Below are positions 26,184 to 38,999 of a stretch of 64,000 nucleotides of DNA, piece by piece. This stretch comes from Botryllus schlosseri. Taxonomy: Eukaryota. Each line of letters begins with the position of its first letter. The stretch's first letter is position 1. The stretch covers positions 18,664,001 through 18,728,000 of the forward strand of contig CM119371.1 of assembly GCA_051294905.1 (NCBI GenBank), written 5' to 3'. The notes beneath the pieces are model-generated. The model had not been told where the DNA came from. It did no database searches and saw only the letters and a program-made list of their open reading frames with translations. The position numbers and the translations under genes are program-made.

Positions 26184-27503
26184 TTATGGCTTTTGATGCC
26201 AAAATGTCTTGTGTCTCTTGAACTGAATATTTTTCAGGAATTCCTTCCCGCATATATCACATTTGTAATTTTTGATACCAGCATGCATAGCCAGATGCCA
26301 AGTCAGGTCTGATTTCTGAAAAAATCCTTTGCCACAGACACCACACCTATGTCTTATAACACCACTATGCCGGGACATGTGATACTCAAACGACTCCTTA
26401 TGCAAGTATTCTTTCCCACAAATATCACAGAAATGGTTTTTGACACCGGCATGCATGGCCATGTGTATTTTGAATCTGTTTTTTATTAGAAATTCTTTTC
26501 CACAAATATCACATCTGTGATTCTTGACACCAGCATGCGTGGCCACGTGTAATTTGAGGCTAACATGCCACGCAAATGCTTTACCACAAACACCACATTC
26601 ATGATTCTTTACACCAGAATGGATATCTATGTGTTTCCTAAGTTCACATTTCCAACTAAATTTTTTCCCACATACATCACATTCATGATTTTTGATACCA
26701 GCGTGCCTTTTCAGATGCGAATTAAGGGAACATTTCAAAGGAAATGATTTCCAACAAACATTACATTTATGGCTTTTGTCACCAGTGTGCATAGCCATGT
26801 GTGTCTTGAGGTCACTCTTTCGCACAAATTCTTTTCCACAGACATCACAATCATGGCTTTTGACACCGGTATGAATGGCCATGTGTTTCATGAGGACTCC
26901 CTTCAGCGTAAATTCTTTTGCACAGACATCACATTCATGGCTTTTGACACCGGCATGAATGGCCATGTGTTTCGTGAGGACTCCCTTCAGCGTAAATTTT
27001 TTTCCACAAACATCACATTTATGGCTTTTGTCACCAGTGTGCATAGCCATGTGTGTCTTGTGGTCACTCTTTCGCACAAATTCTTTCCCACAGACATCAC
27101 ATTCATAGCTTTTGACACTGGCATGAATAGCCATGTGCTTCGTGAGGACTCCCTTCCGCGTAAATTCTTTTCCACAAACATCGCATTCATGGCTTTTGAC
27201 ACCAGCATGAACAACCATGTGTTGCCTGAGGCCACCCTTTGACGCAAATTCTTTGGCGCATACATCACATTCGTGAATTTTGATACCAGTATGAATAGCT
27301 ATGTGTTGCCTCAGGCCACCTTTTTGCTTGAACATTTTCACACAAACCGCACATTCGTAGCATCTGAAATCAGCATGCATAACCTTGTTAGTCTTGAGGT
27401 CATTCTTCTGTGCAAATGCTTTCTCACAGACACCGGCATGCATATCCACGTGTGAGTTGATTGCAAATTTGTTGATGAATAGCTTAGTAATAATCGAAGT
27501 CAT
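26184..27503 (-). CDS. Tandem C2H2 zinc-finger protein, 13 complete fingers plus broken terminal fingers
   Basis: 439-aa ORF with C-x2-C-x12-H-x3-H repeats and (A/T)GVK(S/N)H linkers; same style as ZNF1. Confidence 0.85.
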   Translation of the reverse strand: MTSIITKLFINKFAINSHVDMHAGVCEKAFAQKNDLKTNKVMHADFRCYECAVCVKMFKQKGGLRQHIAIHTGIKIHECDVCAKEFASKGGLRQHMVVHAGVKSHECDVCGKEFTRKGVLTKHMAIHASVKSYECDVCGKEFVRKSDHKTHMAMHTGDKSHKCDVCGKKFTLKGVLTKHMAIHAGVKSHECDVCAKEFTLKGVLMKHMAIHTGVKSHDCDVCGKEFVRKSDLKTHMAMHTGDKSHKCNVCWKSFPLKCSLNSHLKRHAGIKNHECDVCGKKFSWKCELRKHIDIHSGVKNHECGVCGKAFAWHVSLKLHVATHAGVKNHRCDICGKEFLIKNRFKIHMAMHAGVKNHFCDICGKEYLHKESFEYHMSRHSGVIRHRCGVCGKGFFQKSDLTWHLAMHAGIKNYKCDICGKEFLKNIQFKRHKTFWHQKP

Positions 27504-28177
27504 AGAAAACTATATTAAAAAGCAAGAATAGATTAATTTCGCTCGATATTTCAACAGCAAAATTACGGATATTAGACAAGTATTGGTTGTCGAAAAAATT
27601 GAGAAGCCCACATAGTTTACACAGAAAACGCTGTGCTATTATTAGAATGAGTACAATGGCATTCTCAACTATTGTTACCAACAAACGAATGACGGCATCC
27701 AACATCATCACCTCGGTCTCATATGATCCACATGTTAGGTATAAGATAAGTATATCTATGAGGTGATCAAGTGTTTAGTGAAGGTTCTTCATACAAATTT
27801 TATATGTGTGATCAGTGAAAGATGTTGGCTCAAGGTACACTTTGAGAGGTTTCACAACAGATGCCGCATTTGGTATTAGCAACCATGATTGAGCAAGGAA
27901 CTTGAGATAGTACTAAATGCACGAACCAAATTAATTCTGTACTGATCAATAAAAAAACTCGGAAAAGAGAAGAAATCAGAGATCATTAACAAGCTCGAAT
28001 CATTTTCAACGATACTCCACTTACATTCGAGTATTAAAATTGGTATGTGTAGCCTACGTAAAAGTGGCAACGTAACTCACATGAATTGATTCCTATACAA
28101 GAGATTGCAGCAAAATCGTAAAACTGTTTGTCACCGGCTGCCATTTTCGAAAAACTTCACTTCATTTTTAAAAACCG

Positions 28178-28270
28178 AAAAATTGTACATTCCCGGGATT
28201 CGAACAGGGCAACCAAGGTATCGTTCTATTCAAAACTTCAACGCGCAGCCGATTGCGCCACCAAATCGAC
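28178..28270 (-). other. tRNA-like Pol III cassette (SINE head or tRNA pseudogene)
   Basis: Minus strand A box TGGCGCAATCGG, B box GTTCGAATCCC, then TTTTT; no clean cloverleaf or anticodon. Confidence 0.45.
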
Positions 28271-30274
28271 AAGAGCTCCGTGTATGATTACATATATCAA
28301 GAGCAAGCCGAGAAGATGTTGGTGGGAAACATAAATATTAAATTGTGTTCCCTATGAACCGTAGTATAGCTATTTGAAGACAATGGGGTCTTGCGTTCTG
28401 CAAAGGTACAGAATTCATCGTTCTAGAGAGCCCCGGAGTCGGTCGGCATTCTACGTCTAGCAGGCGATGATCAAAACAATATCAACCGATTTAGTCAACT
28501 CGCAACAGGCTGCCGAGAGAGCGAGTCATAGCAAGTGATGCACGCACGTATGATCACTTTGAAGGCTTGTAACTGAAATTGTTGTGAACCTAAATCATTC
28601 ATTTTAGTATTCCCTGACGAAGATTATACAGTCCGGACCATAATGATAAACAGAAAATGCTTATCATTACTGCAACGCAAGGTTTATGGCGTTATTTGGT
28701 AGCACTTCCTACAAATATATACACATGTTTACGGGCAATGAATCAGTTCTTGACTCCGCCATGTTATTTATAGTTTTCAATTCTGAGGGGTGCTTTCAGA
28801 GAGTTACAGTGCCATGCTGTACTTACAGTCGGTGTCTCTTGTATACTGTTTGAGTCACGGACGTGCTAATCTAGACTTTCTATATGTCCCACTTTTTCAG
28901 GAAATCGAAAATCTCCTCCGAGGACTCTTAAATGTCCACATTTTTCTGAATTTATCCACCTTTATATCTTTGACAGCCTAATAACATCGACATCACAGCC
29001 ACTCGATTGGGAAAACCTGGCACATCAATGCAAAAAGGCGTCAAACGGCGCATCATATAACCAAGTCAGTGCGAGGAATTCATCCATCGGTCGACATTTA
29101 ATTCATAACCCGGTTTGTGCATAAAACTATTCCGACGATATGTTTTCTGCTCTCTCCAGGGGCAGAACCACTTTCCACTTGACAGCGTTGTAATCGACGT
29201 TCATTAAAGTGAACAATCCGGTCCTATGTCGACAGAAAAACATTTGTATAACCTTAAGATTTCGCACTAGTTGCCGTTATGTAGTTGTTGTGTGTCTTAA
29301 ATATTAAATCACTCCGGCCAATGTGAGACAAATTTACCGTAAAAGGTACGATTAGCAGAGTGTCACTATTCTAACAAATTTTTAAAAATGCATCGCAATG
29401 TTACGTTTATCTGAATTATTCCACACCAGAAAAAGTAAAATAGCCTACATGCGCGATTTTCATCCGCACCACAATTGTCATCTGCACTTGTGTGTACCAT
29501 CCCACAGGTTGAAAAGCACGGAACTAAAACATCATAACAGCCTCAAGCGAAATTAGCAATATTCTGTTCCCTAATAATTGTGAATACAGTCAGACTGTAG
29601 AGACAGTAAATTGCACTACGTATTCCACTGTCTGTCGATTTGTTAAATAGTTTTGGCACAACTTCAGTTCCTAGCCTACATGCCGAAAATTCACAAAATA
29701 GGTACCGTAAACCGGGGTAACTTTGGACTTGAGGGTAACTTTGGACACTAAGCAGTAAAAGATTTAAATGGTGATTGATGAAAAAGGGTTGCCGCTGGAT
29801 GTCCAATTCTTTTTCATGAGGCAGCAGTACCACAAGTAGTCTCTATAAAAGGTGGATTCATTTCACTACCAGATAAACTTGACCCAACATCGATAAATTA
29901 ATGGAGGGGGTCAATTTCGTCAAAATTGATGGCCAATAAACTTCTTACAGCCAAACATAGATAGCATGTGATTCATAGATTCAAAACTTGGCAGCAGATA
30001 CCTCTAAGTCAGTGATTCCCAACCGCGGCCCTGCGGGCCGCATGCGGCCCCCAGCTAGCCTTTCTGCGGCCCCCACAATAATATTGAGAAATTGATTTAT
30101 GGAAAAAAAAAATTATATTTATAAAATACTCTTGCTTGGCTTGGAGTCTGGAGTTTTCAATTAGGATTGCAGGAAAGTTGTGAGTAGACTGCTAAGATTA
30201 CGTCACTGCTGTTTCAATGCAATGTTCACTAACTTTCCAGTTGGACGAGCAGTACCTATAGATATAGGTATTGA

Positions 30275-31561
30275 CAGGACCGGAACTGCCGCACCGCAAG
30301 TCTCCCAATTGGGGGGAACGAGCTCGAAGGGGGCCCAAAATTATCTAGCGAATTAACATGAATTATAGAGTATTTAATGCAACTTTTTCAAAAAATTTTC
30401 GCGCTGTGCGCGATTTCAAGTTTCCAAGTACCTTCATTATTGGATACTCTTTCCACCAAGATAAAATACGCAAGATTTATAGAAGTGGGCATATCGGCAT
30501 TGGTCATTACCGCGCCACGACGCACGATGACATATAAAGTTTTAGGCCATATAACATGCGACTCCAAGAAGTGTGCCAGAACGATCGACACCGAGAAAAC
30601 CTTGGCCAAAAAGGACTGACCTTACGCTGACCGGAAACTTCGTTATGTATGTACAAAATACATATAGGTATATTTGACCATAGGCGCCTAAATGACTGGC
30701 GCCGAATATTCCTGTCCTGGCAATCTTAACATCACGAGACAAATAGGCTACCATCCTGCAGGGAAGAATTATATGCCAGTGAAGAACTACCAATTGAAAT
30801 CGTGTGCATCTTTTAGTTTAGTACGTTTAGGCGATTCTATATTTTTTGATATAGCAGACTGGAGGTTACGAAATAACATCATGTAACGAACTCGTACCAA
30901 CGGGTCCGCCCTTCCGAATATGTTAAATTATTATTTAGGGCCCTACAGTTTCCAAGACACCTCACTCAGCTCTACCGGTAGATGTAATTACGTGAGCAGA
31001 TAGGACAAGTAATTGAAAGCAATATATATATATATGCAATTCCCGATCTTATTGACCTATATTTTATTTTGAATTATCGAAAATTTTCGCGCTACACGCT
31101 GGCTCACTAAACGCTAATCCTGATTTCGTGGCAGAAGCGAACAACCGGACGGGGTGTCGGTTTATCACCCTATGGGAGCTCAAGACCTAAGTGTTTTGAG
31201 GGGCCTGACGAAGTGCTGTTTCGTTCCTGCCAACGGGAATACGCCCGAAGATATTTAATTATTATGGAGTGGTCCTACCTTTTCAAACACTCACTCGGCT
31301 CAACCGCTCAATCTGATTACGTGAGGAGAGAGAGGATAAAAATCGATACCAATATATATGCAATTCCCGATTATATTGACCGATTCAATCATGAATTATA
31401 TAAATTTTTTGCGCTTCGCGCGATTAGTCGAGAGAAGCTGCCTAAAACGGACATCCGATTTAGATGGTAAACAGCGGTAAACAGCCATCTATAGCCCTAG
31501 CGTTTTTTTTTTTGGGGGGGGGGGGGGGGTGGGGGGCTGACGAAGTGCTGTTACGGCCCTG
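30275..31561. mobile_element. hAT-type non-autonomous element (nested, third level)
   Basis: CAGGACCGGAAC...GTTACGGCCCTG; perfect TSD GGTATTGA. Confidence 0.8.
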
Positions 31562-31680
31562 GGTATTGATAACTAATTTACGGATAGATGTGCAACAAGT
31601 GACTCACGATTGAATACGCCGTGATGCGTACTTCTCGGCCGGCAAAAAATGGCATAATTCGTAGTCCTATAGCTCGCGAC

Positions 31681-32196
31681 TAGGGCTGGGCAAAATGATT
31701 CGAGTACTCGAATCTGAATCGAGTATTAATTTTAATGATTCGAGTCGAGTAGTGAAATACGATTTTTTCGAGTACTGAAATTATACGCTCCTCGCCACTG
31801 AAAGTTAATTTATCAACGAGAATTATAGTTTCAATACTCATTTTCACTGTTGAAGCCTTGAAACCTTGATTGGCGGTATCGTAGCATACGAAACATATAG
31901 TACAAAGCTACGAAAGTTACTGGACGTAGCACATTTCCAAAATCATGATTATGCCACAGAATTGTCACCAAGTGGAATGAAATCGGATGGACAAAATAAT
32001 ACCAAAGTATCATTTATGAGATGTATAAGAGGCATTATATTCTTTATGGTGGCATAAACGGTACATATTTGAACTTTGACTTATTACATTCAGTTATGAC
32101 GTCATAATGAGTGATACTCGATTACTCGACTCGACTCGAAGCATATTACGTGATTCAGAATCGAATCACTCAGCTACTCGATTTTGCCCAGCCCTA
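31681..32196. mobile_element. TAGGGCTGGGC-family MITE (nested, third level)
   Basis: TAGGGCTGGGCAAAAT...ATTTTGCCCAGCCCTA; perfect TSD CTCGCGAC. Confidence 0.9.
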
Positions 32197-33125
32197 CTCG
32201 CGACCCAAGCGTCCGAATACTTTGATATGACGGTGTTTATCGAAAGGAGGTGTCGCGCTGATTCCAAAAATACGAATTGAAATCTCGACAGGGCAATAAA
32301 ACTACCCCGAAATAGCCAGCAAAGGTTGATTGTTCTGAACAACGGGAGCGCGGCAACACAATGGCCAATGGCGTCGAGCGAATGATCGGAACAATGCGAA
32401 TTTTCATATTTTGTTGACTATTTTGGGTTCCTTTCATTGCCCTGGTATTCGTGCGGCCCGACCGTACACTGAAATTCTAAATTTGGCCCTGCCACCGAAA
32501 AAGGTTGGGAACCACTGCTCTAAGTAGTCTTAATCCATGGCCAAAATATCGGTGGGCTCACCCTTAGATCAATACGAGAAAATGTGATGTCCAAAGTTAC
32601 CCCGTCAAATTTTATCAGAACGGGGCAACTTTGGACAGTGAAAAATGTGATATTTAGAGCTCTGGAAAGTGGCTGCTTCATCTGTGTCAAAGGGTATCGT
32701 CAACTATATTCCTTATGACCGGCTTGATGGCTTCTTAAAATGGAATGAGAAGGTTAATAAATTAAGAGTTTGCCAAAATATGAAAAAATGGGTAGGCAAC
32801 GAGCTGAGAGATTGTAATCGGGTGTAAGCTACTTGAAAAACTTATCACATACTCCTAAAGATGCGCCTGCTGAATATGGGATTACGTAAATAACGACAAA
32901 TATATCCATCAGAGGACATAGGAAAGGGAAAATATAACTTTTCTAGAACAGTAATATATTCAAAATCGGCAATAAATCACGCTGACATACGGTGCTTAAT
33001 GTTTGCTGTCGATTGCTGACACTGCCAGTGGGATACCCCATTGTCACCATACGTTATTATAAGTCCCAATTGGTGAAGGCATGAGGGAAAATTGAGTAAA
33101 GGGATGAATAAGGGGGCATTAGCCT

Positions 33126-34447
33126 CAGGCGCGTATCCAGAGCGCGAAAAAAGGGGGGGTTTTGAGTGAAATCACCTATTATGACGTCATAATTACGATC
33201 ACTCGTCTACACGCCAAGGCGAATATTTACGATATATTATAGTTCAATAATTAAAAGAGATTTGCGGTGAGTGGGAGATGTACGAATTCGATACAGACAA
33301 TGCCTGAAATTTCGTGTTTTTACGTTATGATTGAACGAAATTCGTAAATGCTCACATTTAGTCATGAGCCGACTAACGCCGCCGGTCTCCAAGCGCCTAG
33401 TTCCGACCAGAGATGCACGATTTTGTTAGGTTTTGACTATATTATGCGCACAGCCGGTAGTATCGCAGCGGACGAACAAGCGCGGAATAGTGCGGTAGCA
33501 TACACGAGGGCGATCGCGATCGCCACAGAGAGGTGTGGAGTGTACAGCTGCACACGAATGTGTGCATTTCGATGGCTTTACTAGCCGCACGGTTGAGCGT
33601 GTAGTACGCGCGAAGATAATTAGCCCTTAATTGAAGGCACGCAAGTCGCTCTATTAATACAGAGTACACACTGGGATAATAACTTGAGCGACAGAGGACC
33701 TTGTCAGCCGATATCATTACGTTAACTTTACTAATAGGCCTACTCAATTCTCCCGTTCAGCGGCAACATAGGCCTGTATTTGGACGACAGCAAGCCACCT
33801 AACAATCGAGAACGTGGATTGCTAGGCTTGTATTTTGAAATGTGAATGTCAATCGTAGGGCAATTCTCGCCGATAATCGCGAAGACAATGTGGATTTGAG
33901 AACAGCATTGTTGTACCGGTGCCGCCGTGTCTGCGTCTCGCTGATCAATCAACACGCCGTGCAATTCTTAATTAGGATTTCAAGGCGAGTAGGTGTAGCG
34001 AATTCGCGGGCGATGTTCATTGCCGACAACTTTGTCTTTGCAATTACGTATCGGCGGTATCGCGTCGGCCAATTAGATTAGATTTTCCTAAAATGCGTCT
34101 CTCGTTTTAGCAAGGCGAGAGAGAAATCGAGGGAAGAAAGTTGTGAACGTCAGCATCTGCCACAGCTGAAATGTAGCTGAACAAGCGCAGAATTCGTACG
34201 CAATTAGCGAAATATAACGACCTATTTTATCCTTTCGACTAATTCGGCGAATAATTCCAATATTTTGTAGGGGTTTTAGTCCCCTTAAATAACATTAAGA
34301 CGCCATATTCGCCTTCTCATACGTAAAAATGAATATGTTGAACTAATAAATTAGCAAATATTAGAGGCTATATTTAACATGAATTTTTAGGATTTTGAAA
34401 AGGGGGGGGGTTCCGACCCCCTAAAACCCCCCCTGGATACGCCACTG
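33126..34447. mobile_element. hAT-type non-autonomous element (nested)
   Basis: CAGGCGCGTATCCAG...CTGGATACGCCACTG; perfect TSD ATTAGCCT, single at the empty site in copy 1. Confidence 0.9.
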
Positions 34448-35849
34448 ATTAGCCTTCATAAACTACCTATTTTTTTTTTGGGGGGGGGGGATTAGGTAAA
34501 AATCATGCAATAGGCCAGACATATGCTAGTTTGTTTCAGTTTTAGTCACTGCTCTCATCAACTCTTACCAAATAAGCCTTATTTACGAGGTTTCATAAAC
34601 AATAGAGGATAAAGGCATACAAAAACTACATTGTCCAAAGTTACCCCACATGCACGGGTAACTTTGGACACGGATAATTTACAAAAATAAGGTACTTATT
34701 TATGACCATGAAGATTTCGGATTAGTTAATTCTAATCTTTGCTCCATGACTCCAAAAAAACACAAAACTTGCCTCCCCTACACCCTAGCATTTCCAAGAT
34801 ATAAAGCGGAATTGTTGAGAATTGTCCAATGTTACCCCGGTTTACGGTATGGAAGGCAAATAACAGCAATATCTGTTAATTAAGGTATCTGCTCTGCACT
34901 ATTCAGCCTCACAATTCACTAAACCCTCGCCAAGTAAAGTCAACACCGGTAGAGCATTGTTTGACAACTCTGCGATTAGTGAATTTTTAGGCCAATAATC
35001 GGTGAAGCAGATAAATTCGCGAGTAACCTTGAATTGTGTCACCTCGCTGTCATTGTACAGAGCAAAGCCGAATTTCACATTTCAGGATAATTTAGGTGGT
35101 TCTGGCGCCTTTGCATAGTGAAAAAATGTATTTCACATTCACAATATGTGCAACATTACAGCCCTAGATTATTCCCAGTTAATAAATTTGACGATCAGTT
35201 ACGCCTGCTGGCCTTCCATTCTGCTGATGACTCCTAGTTTATGTGTGTCGCTGACTATGGTTAGGGTGAGGCTACAGTTATGAATGCCCCATTGCTTGCA
35301 CCCGAGAACGGGAAATAGTTCAATGGTAACTCGTAAATGAGATGAATCTAGGAGGCGGAGCAAAGAAGTCATGTAAACGGGGCAAGACCAGAACCATAAT
35401 GAAACCCTGTCATGAGATCTATAGATAGCCATGTGAACCAAATCATGGTCACTACTGTACTGTCTTCATTGGTTACACTTTTCAATATAGTATATGCATA
35501 TAAAATCACAAAATATAACATATATGCTATCATGCAGAGCGGACAGTACAAACACATGCAATCTCGCGTATATAGATATAGATATTTGTTGAACAGGTCC
35601 ACTTTTAGTAAACATACAGCGTACGTCACACATAGGCTACATGCTGTGATTTGAGATATGCTTGATTTCGAATGATTCAAATCACATGAACGATAATCAT
35701 CCCCAACTACAGTGGTATATAAACATTGAAATGGGACCAAATATAGGAAAATACGCGTTGCGTCTGGCGCCACACTAGCAGTATTGTAAGTCCGAGAATT
35801 TTAAAAAAGTGTCCTCCTTCCAGACTTCCAAAATATGGTAACCCTAATG

Positions 35850-37759
35850 CAGTGCTTTTCAACCTTTTTGAGCTCCATTCGCACTTTTTTTGTAAAATAA
35901 ATTTCATTTGCACAAACTAACCGAAAATTGTTTTACAACAAGAACATGAAGATACTTAACAACATTTTGTTCAGATGTGCAACAAATTGGCTACTATGTA
36001 TCTAAAGCTATCGAGTGTCTCATTAAAAGGTAACTGTTTTTGCTCAATTTGATTTCAACCATTTCACTAAAACCCGTCTCGGCCAAACAAGTTGTTGGGT
36101 TTTGTACAAGAACGTCTACTAGCGCTTGGATGGCCAGGTCTTAAAGTCTGTTCTGCAATCCTATCCAAAATACAGAGTATTTTTCGCGAGTGAATAATGC
36201 TTGCTGGCAGAAATCGTTTTTGAGAGCTGACATAAAGGTCCCGGAGGCACCAGTTTGTCGAAAGGGTGAAAAATTCACATGTTAGTGTTGAGGCTTTGCC
36301 TTATGTCTTGGAGAATAAGGTCCAAGATGATCAAGGAGAGTAGGCACATTAGCGCTCACTACCTTATGATATGTTACTCCAGCTTTTTTTTTCGATTTTC
36401 CATTTTTCGTCTCCCGAGTAAATGAGAAGAGCAAATAATCTCACAATACTGTGTCACAATACTCTTTAGCTCAATCTAACTTGATAATTCATTACAGTTT
36501 AAAAACGGTAACACAGCTTTCAGACTACCACCAAAATCTGGGTTTTTGTGGCATCTCGCGACCCGAGCCTCACCCATGAAAAGGAATTCATTTTTAATAT
36601 TACAGTAGTATACTACAATTTTACGGACATGCATGACATACAGAATGCGCACACCACAATTCTATACCGAACACAGCTCTACAAAACATGTCTGACTCAC
36701 GCGATTTCAAATTATGGTGAATTTAATTCCTCTGCATGACGCAGTTGTACTACTGTCTATTCAGATTGCAATAACGAGACTATTCCATGCCGACAACGGA
36801 GCATATCCATATCGAAAGGTTTGGCCATTTTTCGGCCAAGGTTGTATCGTCGCTTATGTGTTTGGGACCGCATTTTATCAGCAGTTTGTAGGTCAAAACT
36901 TTACGTCTTCATGTGCCCTGACGCAAAAGTGGTTGGCCTCGAAATGAATGAGTCTCATAGGCCTGAGCTCGCTCGTTGCTCATCCTTACACTAGTTCATC
37001 CCAACGGTCTTCAACCATGTTTTCCAGAAAAACCAGTTGGACAAATCTTGCTATGAATTGTCATGAAAAAGCCATATTTTCAGTGTGTCTCGCTTATTGG
37101 CTACAGTACCCAGCACAGTGACCTTGGTTTTTTGCAATAAATACGATTTTACGGACATGCAGAACGCGCACACCACAAATTCAATCAATTACTACATATG
37201 AACATTGAACAAGCTAGCTCTGGCATCGTGTCGACCCAAAATTATACCCTTTGCGGTACATAATTCAATAAACCTTTGAACGGGTTAAAATTTTGGGGTA
37301 CAGTAACTTGCAATCATGAGTCTGTATGATGGTATTTCTACTATCCTCGTGCCTCACGCTAATCGAACACTTATTACGATATGATGATTGTCATTTTTTC
37401 AACCTGTTGCTGGCTCAGACGGGCTGATATACTGTATGTCTGTCACTACACCAGCTTTCAAACTAGGCTTTCGGTTACAGTACGTATTTATTATAGTGCG
37501 AAAATATCAAATCACTACATGCTTGTGAGAGCTACGATTAGTGGTGCACCGTAAGTCAAACAAGTCTTTACAATTGCGTCTCACCTACAACAGTTACACT
37601 GCCCTTAAATTTCCTGTTTCGGTTTATTTGAATTATCCCATGTCAGCAAAATTAACAATTATTCACGATTTTCATTCGCACTCATTCGGATTTTTCATTC
37701 CCAGTGCTATTTTTTTCATTTGCACAAGTGCGAAGTGTCATACAGGTTGAAAAGCACTG
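35850..37759. mobile_element. Old hAT-type element
   Basis: CAGTGCTTTTCAACCT...AGGTTGAAAAGCACTG TIR; weak TSD. Confidence 0.6.
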
Positions 37760-38999
37760 GCCTAGAGTATTTTAATTATACGCAAGACACATTTGCGATA
37801 TTTTACAGTATATTGCATCCATTCGACAAATAGCCTATATCTCTTATCTGAGGCAATACTGCTGTTGCATTGTCGTTGAGTTGTCAGATCAGGGTCTAAC
37901 ACAGGAAACACGCGTCTACCACTGCGAGTTGAACATTACCAAGCCACACAATACGTGCATGGAACTCAACTCTCGCAGATTTATCAGAGAACATGCGCAC
38001 GCCTTCTTATAACTATACTAAGCCGGACTTAAAGCAGTGGTCGCTTTTGCAATAAATTGCGCGTGATGGGGTTTATTGCACCGAATAATCAACTAATTAA
38101 GTATTCAACTATTCTATGCAAGTGACCTTTCTGTCACGCAAAATTTTTGTCAAAGACAACCGCGGCCTGCCGAGTCTGACCTGACCTTGGACGTTATCGG
38201 ATGCTGCGAGTCAGATTATCCTGATCAAAATTGATCTATGAAAGATAGCTGTATTATGGCTATGTAACTGAAATACTCATCTGAAATCTGATTAGCTGAC
38301 ACGCGGAAGAAGTTCTCCACAATACGTGTACAAACAAACACCTTTGACAGTGAAAAGTACGTGAACACTGCGCTTTCAGCTTTCACTCGACGCTTGTATC
38401 CTCGTGGGTAAATCCCCGAAGTCATAAGTGAGGTATTTGCATCATCTAGCGTCAAACGGCCAATGAAAATTAACAACTTCTGCGGCAAGTGAAATATTAG
38501 TGTTATCGACCGTTCTAATGGTTCTATTAATATCATCTAATGGTGTTTTGAATCAGTACCTTCCTGTTTACACCTTACGATTCGTCTCTATACTTCATAA
38601 TATCATAGCATAGCAATTTACAACGTTGTAAATTGCTATGATCATAGGGTTACCATACGCCCTGTCTCAAGAGGATTTGTCCTCTTATTTTAAAAGTGGC
38701 CTCGGTGGACGCTGAAATGTCCTATTTTTGACAATTGTCTTATTTTTTGAAAATTTTGGTTCAATGCACGTGATTTTTTTTGTGCCGGACATAGTCGTTA
38801 AAACAATGAGCTAGACACGATGCGAGAGGATGTATCATGACATTGTCAAACTGTTGGGTTATAATATTGCAGCTAGTGGACCTTTCACGTACGACAATTT
38901 TATGTAGAATATTTAAAAATCTACAGTTGATTGATCTGATATCAGAGCAATTGAGCGGTGTAGCCTTATCCGGGTTTAGATAGTCGTTATAATATTAAT

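Larger units (their letters stand above)
30010..32517. mobile_element. hAT-type non-autonomous element (nested)
   Basis: CAGTGATTCCCAACC...GGTTGGGAACCACTG; perfect TSD CTCTAAGT, single at the empty site in copy 1. Confidence 0.9.
29705..34847. mobile_element. Second copy of the 15525-16817 TA-flanked transposon, expanded by nested insertions
   Basis: Same TIRs and TA flanks; 29705-30009, 32518-33125 and 34448-34847 are collinear with copy 1. Confidence 0.9.

Noticed and set aside
8995..27503. ZNF genes as TFIIIA linked to the 5S array
   Set aside because: TFIIIA typically has nine fingers, mostly C-x4-C spaced; these have 13 C-x2-C fingers with different linkers.
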